Shown: positions 23,238 through 31,538 of the stretch, one piece after another
Position numbering within the stretch: the first letter of the stretch is position 1
Layout of the letters: every line of letters begins with the position of its first letter
IMG/VR virus record: IMGVR_UViG_3300031787_000077
Span: 1-64,000 of that record
Length of the DNA: 64,000 bases
From: an uncultured virus (IMG/VR IMGVR_UViG_3300031787_000077)
Lineage: Duplodnaviria > Heunggongvirae > Uroviricota > Caudoviricetes
Reading direction: 5' to 3' (one strand)
The notes under the pieces: generated by a model
Database searches by the model: none
What the model was told of the DNA's origin: nothing
The model's input: the letters and a program-made list of their open reading frames with translations, nothing else
Position numbers and translations under genes: made by a program

Positions 23238-23870
23238 GATTTTATCTGATTTACTAATATTATCTTTAGCCCATAATGGCTGTAAATTTGTATAGTGAAA
23301 ACACTTTCTCTGTTGTTCAGGATCGCTCATGTCAAAACTGGAACATGGAATTATATGGTCTATATGCCAACCATATTTTCCATAATTTTCCCAAGTCATG
23401 CCTTCTTGAAACTTATTTGCTAAATATGTTTTTAAATATTCAATATCACAGCCAATTAGTTCTTTAGTTTTTTCTTGTTTTATATTATTCTTAACTGCCA
23501 ATCTTAATCTGCTTCTTAAACTACTTAATATTCTATATGATAAATTATTTTGATATTTATTTCTTTCATATTCTCTCTGTAATTTTCTATATTCTAAACT
23601 GGCTTTATGTCTAAGAATTTCTTTTTTATTTTTTTCATAGTAATTTTTATTATATTTTGAAGTATAGTTTTTATTATTTTTTCTATACTCATTCATATAT
23701 TTTGATCTACTTTGTAAGATTGAGGTCTTGTTTTTTTGAAAATGCTGTTTATGATAAAGAGAAACGCAAGACTTACATTTTGCGTCCAATCCAAATTTTC
23801 CGCCCTTTTTCTTGTAAAAAGAAGTTAACTTTTTATTTTTGAGGCAAACGGTACATTTTTTAGTTTTCAT
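23232..23870 (-). CDS. HNH endonuclease with N-terminal Zn finger (putative homing endonuclease)
   Basis: CxxC..CxxC; WHIDHIIP...HYTNLQPLWAKDN; RBS AAGGAA before ATG 23870; the only clear minus-strand gene. Confidence 0.85.
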   Translation of the reverse strand: MKTKKCTVCLKNKKLTSFYKKKGGKFGLDAKCKSCVSLYHKQHFQKNKTSILQSRSKYMNEYRKNNKNYTSKYNKNYYEKNKKEILRHKASLEYRKLQREYERNKYQNNLSYRILSSLRSRLRLAVKNNIKQEKTKELIGCDIEYLKTYLANKFQEGMTWENYGKYGWHIDHIIPCSSFDMSDPEQQRKCFHYTNLQPLWAKDNISKSDKIL

Positions 23871-23891
23871 ATATTTCCTTTTAATATCAAA

Positions 23892-23897
23892 TACACC
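23892..23897 (-). promoter_or_regulatory. GGTGTA motif upstream of the HNH gene
   Basis: Minus strand reads TTTGGTGTATTTGATATTAAAAGGAAATATATG. Confidence 0.5.
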
Positions 23898-24110
23898 AAA
23901 ATTCAAGAATTTACTCAAAATGAAAACATTTAATATCACGGCACAGGTATTTAAAAACAGCGATTTGTCAAAACAAAATCTATTAATTAATCAGGTATTT
24001 GATGGTTCTACTTCTGAAAATGCTCTTTCTAATTTTAAATTACATTTTCCTTCTATAGAATATTCTTTAGTAAAAATTCTATCTGTTGAAGAAATTCCTC
24101 AAGAAGCGGC

Positions 24111-24138
24111 TTGACTTCTGCCGATAATGCTGTATACT
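24111..24138 (+). promoter_or_regulatory. sigma70-type promoter with CCGATA
   Basis: TTGACT-tctgCCGATAatgctg-TATACT upstream of uvsE. Confidence 0.75.
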
Positions 24139-24159
24139 GTGACCAAGGAGACTCTATTT

Positions 24160-25071
24160 ATGCGTTATGGCCTCTGCTGCATCTCATTAAAACTTAAAGA
24201 TCAAGGTGTTGGTCATCAGACCATGACCTTCAAGAGATTTAATAGTTTGCCAAGACAAGAAGCACTAACTATTCTTGGCGACCGTATTCTTAACAATCTT
24301 ATCACTACACGAAAAACTATTGAATTTTGTGCTGAGAATAATTATGTCTATCGTGTTAGTAGCGATATTTTTCCACTAATTACATATGATGAGGCTAATG
24401 TATCTTTAGAAAATTTGCCTAATCATGATGATATTCAAGATGAATTTGATAATATTGCTCTAACAATCACCGACAATAATGTTCGTGTGAGTTGTCATCC
24501 AAGTGAGTATAATTCACTCTCTAGTCTTTCAGAAAAAGTTGTTGATAAAACTATTACAGAACTGAATTTTTACAGTAGTTTTTTTGACAGAATTGGTTTG
24601 TCCGCAGATACTAATTCTCCCATGAATCTTCATGTTCATAACAATAATGGGACTAGAGAAGAAATATCTCATAGGTTTTATCAAAACTTCAAACGTCTCG
24701 ACGAAAATTGTCAAAGTCGCTTAACGATAGAAAATGACGACAAACTTAATTGTTGGAGTGTGCGTGAATTAGTAGATATTTTTCATCCTATTACACGCAT
24801 CCCTATTTGTTTTGACTATTTACATCACAAGTGTCACCCAAATAATTTATCAGAATGTGAAGCCATCAATATGTGCTATGATACATGGCAGACCACTCCA
24901 CTATTTCATTATAGTGAAAGTCGAGAGGGTAATAATCCTCGCGCTCATGCTGAGTACGCATATAATAAATTTGAGACATATGGGTTAGAGTTTGATGTTG
25001 ATATGGAACTCAAAGGAAAAGATATCGCCATTGAAAAATATGATGAGATTCTAAAGGAGACTATTGTATGA
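24160..25071 (+). CDS. uvsE: UV damage endonuclease (UvsE/UVDE)
   Basis: GLCCISL, YRVSSDIFP, RVSCHP, IENDD, FDYLHH, FHYSES, HAEY, DMELKGK; start after AAGGAG RBS. Confidence 0.92.
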   Translation: MRYGLCCISLKLKDQGVGHQTMTFKRFNSLPRQEALTILGDRILNNLITTRKTIEFCAENNYVYRVSSDIFPLITYDEANVSLENLPNHDDIQDEFDNIALTITDNNVRVSCHPSEYNSLSSLSEKVVDKTITELNFYSSFFDRIGLSADTNSPMNLHVHNNNGTREEISHRFYQNFKRLDENCQSRLTIENDDKLNCWSVRELVDIFHPITRIPICFDYLHHKCHPNNLSECEAINMCYDTWQTTPLFHYSESREGNNPRAHAEYAYNKFETYGLEFDVDMELKGKDIAIEKYDEILKETIV

Positions 25072-25214
25072 GTGGATGGCTAATAGCATTTACAGGATGT
25101 ATATATGCTTATGTAGCAGCAGAGCAAGCATACAAAGGCAATATGGGTTTATTTATAGCATATACAGGTTACGCTTTTGCCAATATCGGTTTATATATGT
25201 TAGCAAGTAAATAG
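25068..25214 (+). CDS. small two-TM membrane protein, 48 aa (not in ORF track)
   Basis: MSGWLIAFTGCIYAYVAAEQ...GYAFANIGLY; ATGA overlap with uvsE. Confidence 0.65.
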   Translation: MSGWLIAFTGCIYAYVAAEQAYKGNMGLFIAYTGYAFANIGLYMLASK

Positions 25215-25339
25215 GAGATATTCGATGAGCGATCTCAAAAATAGGCCCGAACCAAAAAAAATAAAGATGCCCCCACTAGTTGACCGATCACAGGAATACG
25301 ATATAATGGAGGGATACGAGCCAGCCGATCACAACACTA

Positions 25340-25798
25340 ATGAAACAGATAGCCAAGACAATACGCAGAGCATATCAGAATTGGGTTCCTTGTAAGGAAA
25401 TTCGTTGTTGGCATTATTGTTCTGCTTTTGATGGAACAAAAATGATAGGTTTTGCTCAAAATAATCCTATTAAAACTCATGCTGGTGCTTATAGAATTGG
25501 TGAAAATTTTAATCTTCCCAAATATAAAGAGCATCCGTTTTACCATGCGGAAAGTCATCTGATTTCTAAGTTACTGGATCAGTATAACTATATTGATCCT
25601 TCTTGGAATATTGTAGTGATGAGAATTAATCGCAAGGGTTTGATTCTTGGTAGTAAGCCTTGTGAAAATTGTGATAAACTTTTACAATCTGTTGGTTTAA
25701 CTGCCGTGTTTTATAGTAATGATGATGGTAGTTTTAGTGATAGTTTTGGTGATATGGTTTATCGCCCTGACTTGACAAATTCTTTGGCTAGTGTATAA
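25340..25798 (+). CDS. cytidine-deaminase-fold Zn-dependent deaminase
   Basis: HAE and SKPCENC motifs. Confidence 0.8.
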   Translation: MKQIAKTIRRAYQNWVPCKEIRCWHYCSAFDGTKMIGFAQNNPIKTHAGAYRIGENFNLPKYKEHPFYHAESHLISKLLDQYNYIDPSWNIVVMRINRKGLILGSKPCENCDKLLQSVGLTAVFYSNDDGSFSDSFGDMVYRPDLTNSLASV

Positions 25799-25818
25799 TT
25801 CCGCTATTGGAGGAACCT

Positions 25819-26037
25819 ATGAATTGTATTTATTGTTATCGTTCTATTCCAGATGAAAGATTAGAGTTTCTGATAGAGAATAATCGTCCTAAAACTTGCA
25901 TTAATTGTTCTACCGAACAACGTGCTGTGGGTTTTATGGATTGGGAACACAAAACCGCTCCACAGTTGGTGTTAGTTCCCGCTAATGCTAAAGAGAGTAT
26001 TCGTATCCTAAATAGGGCTAATAGGAGATCAAGATGA
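25819..26037 (+). CDS. DksA/TraR-type C4 zinc-finger protein
   Basis: CIYC..SIPDERLE...PKTCINC; own promoter TTGACA-N16-TATAAT at 25772-25799. Confidence 0.7.
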   Translation: MNCIYCYRSIPDERLEFLIENNRPKTCINCSTEQRAVGFMDWEHKTAPQLVLVPANAKESIRILNRANRRSR

Positions 26038-26462
26038 CTTGGCTAGACTTATATGACTATCTTAACAAACAAGCAAATCTTACACAAAATGTAGGAGAAT
26101 TTAACTGGCAAGATCAAGTGATAGTTTATGATAGTTGGAACATGAAAGAATATAATTGTAATGGATTAAGTTGGATGATATCACTAAATAATCAAGACCA
26201 TCATTGCCTAAATATTAATACCTCATTGGAGAATTCTTAATGGATATAGAAATTGAGAGTCTTTTATTCAAGCAAGTAGAATGTCCTAAGAATCACCTAA
26301 TGACCAAAATTATTAATCTATGGAGTAATCGATATCGTATTAATGTGTACATAGAAATCGAAGAAGATAATCTGATCAAGAAACGTATACATAGCAGTTA
26401 TTTTTGTCACTATAGTCCCGGTAAACTAACTATTATTCCAGATAAAGACAAAGGACGTTATA

Positions 26463-26870
26463 ATGAATCCAGAACTCAGTGGTAAACTAATCTCAAAGTA
26501 TCCAGAACAATTTTCTAATTATCAATACATTGAATGCGACGATGGATGGTATGATCTTCTAGATAAATTATGCTCTTCTATCCAATCTCATCTGGATCAC
26601 AGAAAAAAAACAGAAGAACCTCTTTCCTACTTTAGTTGGTCACAAATCAAAGAAAAGTTTGGTGGATTAAGAGCCTATTCTTATGGTGCAGATTCTTATA
26701 TCAATGGATTAATTGCTATGGCAGAAAGTATGAGTTACAGCATTTGTGAAATTTCTGGAGAAAAAGGAAAGTTGCGTAAACAAAGAATTGGAGAAAATGG
26801 AGAGCCTATTCCTGCATGGATGAAAACCCTGTCAGATAGTGAGGCACAAAAGGCGGGATACGTTCTCTAA
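26463..26870 (+). CDS. conserved phage hypothetical protein
   Basis: ECDDGWY...QIKEKFGGLR...ICEISG pattern. Confidence 0.65.
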   Translation: MNPELSGKLISKYPEQFSNYQYIECDDGWYDLLDKLCSSIQSHLDHRKKTEEPLSYFSWSQIKEKFGGLRAYSYGADSYINGLIAMAESMSYSICEISGEKGKLRKQRIGENGEPIPAWMKTLSDSEAQKAGYVL

Positions 26871-26880
26871 AGAATCCCTC

Positions 26881-26908
26881 TTGACAATGCCGATACCTGT
26901 GCTATACT
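26881..26908 (+). promoter_or_regulatory. sigma70-type promoter with CCGATA
   Basis: TTGACA-atgCCGATAcctgtgc-TATACT. Confidence 0.78.
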
Positions 26909-26941
26909 TAGGACATAACACCTAACACAAGGAGATTCAAA

Positions 26942-27346
26942 ATGCCTCGCGGCCAGAAAATTTGTCCAAGTTGTTCTGCTATCAATGGTCCCCGTGCATA
27001 CACTTGTAAGAGTTGTGGTTCAGATTTTGCTTTCAAGCCCAAAAGCAAGGAAGTTAAAAACACCAAGATCATTAAGGATGTTAATTGGAAAGAATTGGTT
27101 AAGGGTGATCGTATAAAAGTTCGCGGTGGCCCCTATTATGTTCATAAGGGTGAATTTATCCCTATGGGTTATCGTGGACGCTTTGTGGTAGACTGTATTG
27201 ATGACAAGGGCATTAGGGCTTATGGTATTGATAAGCACGGTGGATTTGCTCATATTTATATGGGTGGAGACTTTCAAAACAAGGAAACCGGCGTATGGAA
27301 GATTGCTCACGAAATTGTCAAACTGAAAAACAGAGAAGTGGTATAA
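26942..27346 (+). CDS. zinc-ribbon protein with C-terminal beta-rich domain
   Basis: CPSC..CKSC N-terminus; strong AGGAG RBS. Confidence 0.6.
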   Translation: MPRGQKICPSCSAINGPRAYTCKSCGSDFAFKPKSKEVKNTKIIKDVNWKELVKGDRIKVRGGPYYVHKGEFIPMGYRGRFVVDCIDDKGIRAYGIDKHGGFAHIYMGGDFQNKETGVWKIAHEIVKLKNREVV

Positions 27347-27621
27347 TGAGTTTGGTTCCTCAACAACAAGAACAATTAGAAAAACTGTTAGAACATAGAG
27401 ACTCTATAGTTAGCCACTTATATCAGATTGAGCATATTTTAAAGGAATATTTTCCTGAGCAATTTGAACTAGCATATCAACATTGGATTCCTCAAATTAC
27501 TACTGCTCTTTATGAACAACCTAAGTGGCTTCCTAGAGGACAATATTCTATGGAAGATACAGTAAAGAATATTACAGATAAGGACGATGGTTCTGGTGTA
27601 TTTAAATATTTGAGGTAATAT

Positions 27622-28005
27622 ATGGACGAAAAACTCTATTCTATTGTTGATCTTGAAGGATACGCTAAACAGGTTAGAGAAGCGGCTGCTCAAACCTTAT
27701 CAGAAAATAACAACGATAATCTTGATGATTATATCACCATCACACAACTAGTCCAGATGGTGCGTAAAAACTGTTGTGGTTTTGATGATGATAACAGACC
27801 TCTCTTAAATGAAGATATTAACGAGCAAATTTATGACTGTACTATAACTTGGATACATAATGTCGCATTAGCAAAATTGGCTGCTAAAGACTTACTAGAA
27901 TGTGCTTGGGATGATAAGGCTAATGAAATGGTATTTTGGCCTAAAGAGACTGAAAATGATAAATCCGTCAAACGAAGAAATAAGAAAAAGAATAAAGAGT
28001 CTTGA
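27622..28005 (+). CDS. hypothetical protein, paralog of 40011-40430
   Basis: LAKLAAKDLLECAWDDKANEMVFW vs LHGLVKKGLVESAFDTECNDFIFW. Confidence 0.65.
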   Translation: MDEKLYSIVDLEGYAKQVREAAAQTLSENNNDNLDDYITITQLVQMVRKNCCGFDDDNRPLLNEDINEQIYDCTITWIHNVALAKLAAKDLLECAWDDKANEMVFWPKETENDKSVKRRNKKKNKES

Positions 28006-28138
28006 AGAAGAAATACATAATTACGAAACATATCTACTGTCAGAAAGTTGCAGTAGGTGTGCTGATGCTTATGCTAAGATAGAGCAATACAAGACAGAAA
28101 TTGGTGAACTGATACAACTATATCATAATGATTAATAA

Positions 28139-28493
28139 GGGGGTATAACGGTATCGATTGGATAATAGCAATTATGTTAGCAAGTAGTGGTTGATCGACC
28201 GGCCACTTTAAAAAGTCGATTAAACGCTTTAACTGGCGAAACTCAGTTAGCCCTTGCTGCCTAATAAATAAGTAGCAACAATCTTAGAAAGCGATGAAGG
28301 TAGCGTTCAAAAGATTGATGTAAAATCCTTCGGCTGCTAGAATAGCCAACGGGTTCTAGCCTGAGATTAGTTGGTACGGAAAGATGAATGTTGTTTGTTC
28401 TTTAGTCTTTCTTAAAATTTATGAATAAACTAAACTTGTAGAATATATAATGAAAATTATCGCAACACATGGGTTCGACTCCCATTACCTCCA
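28139..28493 (+). ncRNA. ssrA: tmRNA; tag (A)GETQLALAA encoded at 28235-28264
   Basis: Acceptor GGGGGTA/TACCTCC-A with G3:U70; T arm ATGGG-TTCGACT-CCCAT; pk1 GTGGT/GCCAC plus ATCGAC/GTCGAT; tag ends LALAA then stop; CCA not encoded. Confidence 0.93.
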
Positions 28494-28495
28494 CT

Positions 28496-28840
28496 ATGCC
28501 TAGAAAAATTTGTACTTATTGTGGTAAAAGAAAAAACCGTAAAAGTTTTCCTAAACATAGTTTGTACAAAGATAAACTAGATACAAGATGTAAAAAATGC
28601 GTTAAAGAACATTCAAAGGTAAGAAATAAACTTCATAAAAAAGCACCAGATAAACCAGAAGTTTGTGAGTGTTGTAAAAAGATCCCCATTAAATGGGTAT
28701 TAGATCATAACCATGATGATGATACTTTTCGTGGATGGCTTTGTGATAGATGCAATACCGGCATAGGAAAATTAGGAGATAATTTAGGTGGTATTGTCAA
28801 TGCGATGAATTATTTTCTCTCAAGACCCAATCGCAAATAG
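28496..28840 (+). CDS. endonuclease VII-family nuclease (putative homing endonuclease)
   Basis: CECC..VLDHNH...RGWLCDRCNTGIGKLGD. Confidence 0.85.
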   Translation: MPRKICTYCGKRKNRKSFPKHSLYKDKLDTRCKKCVKEHSKVRNKLHKKAPDKPEVCECCKKIPIKWVLDHNHDDDTFRGWLCDRCNTGIGKLGDNLGGIVNAMNYFLSRPNRK

Positions 28841-28847
28841 TCGATAC

Positions 28848-28876
28848 TTGACAGCAGCATGAGCGTCTGGTACGAT
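28848..28876 (+). promoter_or_regulatory. sigma70-type promoter for DNA ligase
   Basis: CGATAc-TTGACA-N17-TACGAT. Confidence 0.6.
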
Positions 28877-28901
28877 ACCATCAACACAGGAGACTAAACG
28901 G

Positions 28902-30218
28902 ATGACTCACGATTTTGATTATGTTTGGAAGATGGTAACTGCTCTTAGAAATACAAGCAGCACAAAAGAAAAAGAAGATATTATCAAGATTAATTGTGGA
29001 ATTTTCAATAATTCATCTGCAAATTTTGCTAAGAAAATTCTACTCTATACTTATCATCCACTTTGGCAATATCATGTAACCAGTGATAATTTAAAGAAGA
29101 AAAATTATTTGGTCGCCAGAAAGAATGAATACAAAAATTTCTTTGATCTGCTTGATGCTCTAAAGAGTCGTAAAATTACTGGGCATGATGCTATATCTGC
29201 TGTGAATAGTTTTGTCGAACATTACGCTGACTATGAGGAACTTATTCATTGTGTTTTGGATAAAGACTTGAAAACCCGTGCTGGCGATAAGATCATTAAT
29301 AAGGCTATTCCAGATCATATTCCAGAATTTAGTGTAGCCTTGGCCGATAAATATAGTCCAGATATTGTAGATTGGAAAGATGAATGGTATGTTAGTCGTA
29401 AGATCGATGGTGCTAGATGTATCGCTATTGTTGATAGTAATGGGGAGTCTACTTTTTATTCCCGCACGGGAAAAGAGTTTGATACTCTTGGTGTTGTTGC
29501 TGGTGGCATTAAGAGTTTGGGTGTTACTAATGTAGTATTTGATGGTGAACTTTGTCTTGTGGATGATGAGGGTAATGAAGATTTTCAGGGGATCATGAAA
29601 CAACTCAAAAAGAAGGATCATACCATCCCTAATCCTTCATATAAGATTTTTGATATGATTTCTCACGACGAATTTTATAGTAAGAAGGGCGAGAAGAACA
29701 AGCCTTATTCTATTCGCTATAATAATCTACGAGAAGTTATGAAAAATAATACTTGTACTTGTCTTAGTGTGCTTGGTCAAGAACTTATTAAAGATGATGA
29801 TCATTTTCAGGAGTGGATTAAAAAAAGTAAAGATTACAAGTATGAAGGACTTATGCTACGAGCAGACGAACCATATAAAGGGAAGCGTAGTAAAGATCTG
29901 CTGAAAGTTAAGAAGTTTTTTGACGATGAGTATGAAGTTATTGATGTGGAAATGGGTCCATTTCGTTATGTATTGAATGGTAAAGAGCATGAGGAAACCA
30001 TGCTTTCTTGCGTAATGATTAAGCATAAAGATCATGTTGTTAGAGTTGGTAGTGGATTTGCTATTGACCAAAGACAAGAGTTTTATCAAGACCCCAAAAA
30101 GATTCTTGGTAAAATTATTACGGTTCAATATTTTGAGGAAACTAAAAACCAAGAAGGCGGAATTAGTTTGCGTTTCCCAACATTTAAGTTTTTGCATGGG
30201 TCTGCTAGAACCGTTTAA
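28902..30218 (+). CDS. lig: ATP-dependent DNA ligase
   Basis: KIDGAR, FDGEL, EGLMLR, LLKVK, VGSGF, SLRFP. Confidence 0.93.
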   Translation: MTHDFDYVWKMVTALRNTSSTKEKEDIIKINCGIFNNSSANFAKKILLYTYHPLWQYHVTSDNLKKKNYLVARKNEYKNFFDLLDALKSRKITGHDAISAVNSFVEHYADYEELIHCVLDKDLKTRAGDKIINKAIPDHIPEFSVALADKYSPDIVDWKDEWYVSRKIDGARCIAIVDSNGESTFYSRTGKEFDTLGVVAGGIKSLGVTNVVFDGELCLVDDEGNEDFQGIMKQLKKKDHTIPNPSYKIFDMISHDEFYSKKGEKNKPYSIRYNNLREVMKNNTCTCLSVLGQELIKDDDHFQEWIKKSKDYKYEGLMLRADEPYKGKRSKDLLKVKKFFDDEYEVIDVEMGPFRYVLNGKEHEETMLSCVMIKHKDHVVRVGSGFAIDQRQEFYQDPKKILGKIITVQYFEETKNQEGGISLRFPTFKFLHGSARTV

Positions 30219-30228
30219 GAAACGAGTC

Positions 30229-30257
30229 TTGACAAGACGATACCAGTAGTGTAGAAT
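30229..30257 (+). promoter_or_regulatory. sigma70-type promoter with CGATA
   Basis: TTGACA-agaCGATAccagtagtg-TAGAAT. Confidence 0.72.
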
Positions 30258-30287
30258 CGTAGCATACACGCTAACATTGGAGTTTTT

Positions 30288-30989
30288 ATGATTGTTGAGA
30301 ACACTGTGGTCGATACCAATAAAGTTGAAATGAGCAAGACGAAGGCTGATATTTTCTTTGAGACTTTTCCTAAAGATAAGGTTGTCAAGTATAAGGAATA
30401 TTGGGAGAGTGTTCGTCCTCAGAATGTTGAGGATATTTTTCGTCGCTATCTTTTCAGTTTTATGAGCGTTCATACAACATGGAAGTCTAATGTTAGTGGC
30501 TATAACGCAATCAAAGACTTTAATGATTGGATTGATAATAAAGAACTGCTGAGAGATAAGATTAAAAGTAGTGGTTGTGGGCTATACAACAATCGCACAA
30601 AGTTTATTTGGGATTTTAAGGATAAATTTTGGTCTAATCCGAAAGACTTTTATCTAACAAACAAAAAGTATCATGTAAAAAAGAGAGATCAGATTGTCAA
30701 TAATATTTCTGGACTAGGTACTGCAAAAGTTTCGTTTGCATTAGAGCAATGCCACCCTAATGAGTGTAGGGTATTTTGTGGTGATACTCATATGCTGGAA
30801 TTGTATGGCATGAAAACTCTTACTTATCAGTCTAAAAGGGGTCTTGAACAATATAAGAAAATGGAAAGACATTGGAGTATTAATTGTGGCAAATTAGGCG
30901 TTCCTCCTTATATTGCTAGATGTATTTTTTGGGATGCAAAACAGAACAAGACCGATTCTCGTTATTGGTCGTATGTATTTGAAGAATAA
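30288..30989 (+). CDS. HhH-GPD DNA glycosylase/AP lyase-like protein
   Basis: Helix-hairpin-helix ISGLGTAKVSF followed by DTHM. Confidence 0.7.
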   Translation: MIVENTVVDTNKVEMSKTKADIFFETFPKDKVVKYKEYWESVRPQNVEDIFRRYLFSFMSVHTTWKSNVSGYNAIKDFNDWIDNKELLRDKIKSSGCGLYNNRTKFIWDFKDKFWSNPKDFYLTNKKYHVKKRDQIVNNISGLGTAKVSFALEQCHPNECRVFCGDTHMLELYGMKTLTYQSKRGLEQYKKMERHWSINCGKLGVPPYIARCIFWDAKQNKTDSRYWSYVFEE

Positions 30990-31137
30990 AGATTTTTGGA
31001 GAGTGGCATATAGACCATATCAAACCATGTTGTAGTTTTGATCTCACAGATACACAACAGCAAAAATTATGTTTTCACTATACCAACCTACAACCGTTAT
31101 GGGCTATTGATACTCTAAAAAAGTCTGGAAAATTATT

Positions 31138-31248
31138 ATGAGCCAAAACGGTAAAGGAAGTAAACCAAGACCTAAAAGCGTAGATTATAAAACATGGGAG
31201 AAAAACTATGAGCGAATTTTTAGAAAAAAAGCCAAGAAAAAAATTTAA
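31138..31248 (+). CDS. small basic phage peptide, 36 aa (not in ORF track)
   Basis: MSQNGKGSKPRPKSVDYKTWEKNYERIF; GKGSxPRP..N.xRIF pattern seen in phages. Confidence 0.55.
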   Translation: MSQNGKGSKPRPKSVDYKTWEKNYERIFRKKAKKKI

Positions 31249-31538
31249 TTGTAGTCTTTTTCTGAGATGCGGTTGTCAGAGCGAAATGCTGGTTCTAGAC
31301 TATGATCCAGAATTAGACATGGTGGATATATCAATATATGAGATATTAACTTCCTATAAATATAGAATGTCTTGGTGGCAAAAATTACGATATATTTATC
31401 AGACGCTAAGGCATGGACAACCATATAACGATCAAATAGTCTTAAATAGGACTCAGATAGATCAACTGAAAGAGTACATTAATTCATTATAAATATCCGT
31501 TTTGGTGTTATTATATTAATGGCAACGGAGTTTATAAT

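Noticed and set aside
22514..23870. Group I intron splitting thyX
   Set aside because: The downstream thyX has its own complete N-terminus, there is no intervening non-coding core, and the HNH gene lies outside it on the opposite strand.
29160..30473. Long minus-strand ORFs (also 36065, 39102, 43364, 56922, 61358-63502 and others)
   Set aside because: They are antisense shadows of well-supported + strand genes, with no motifs or RBS.
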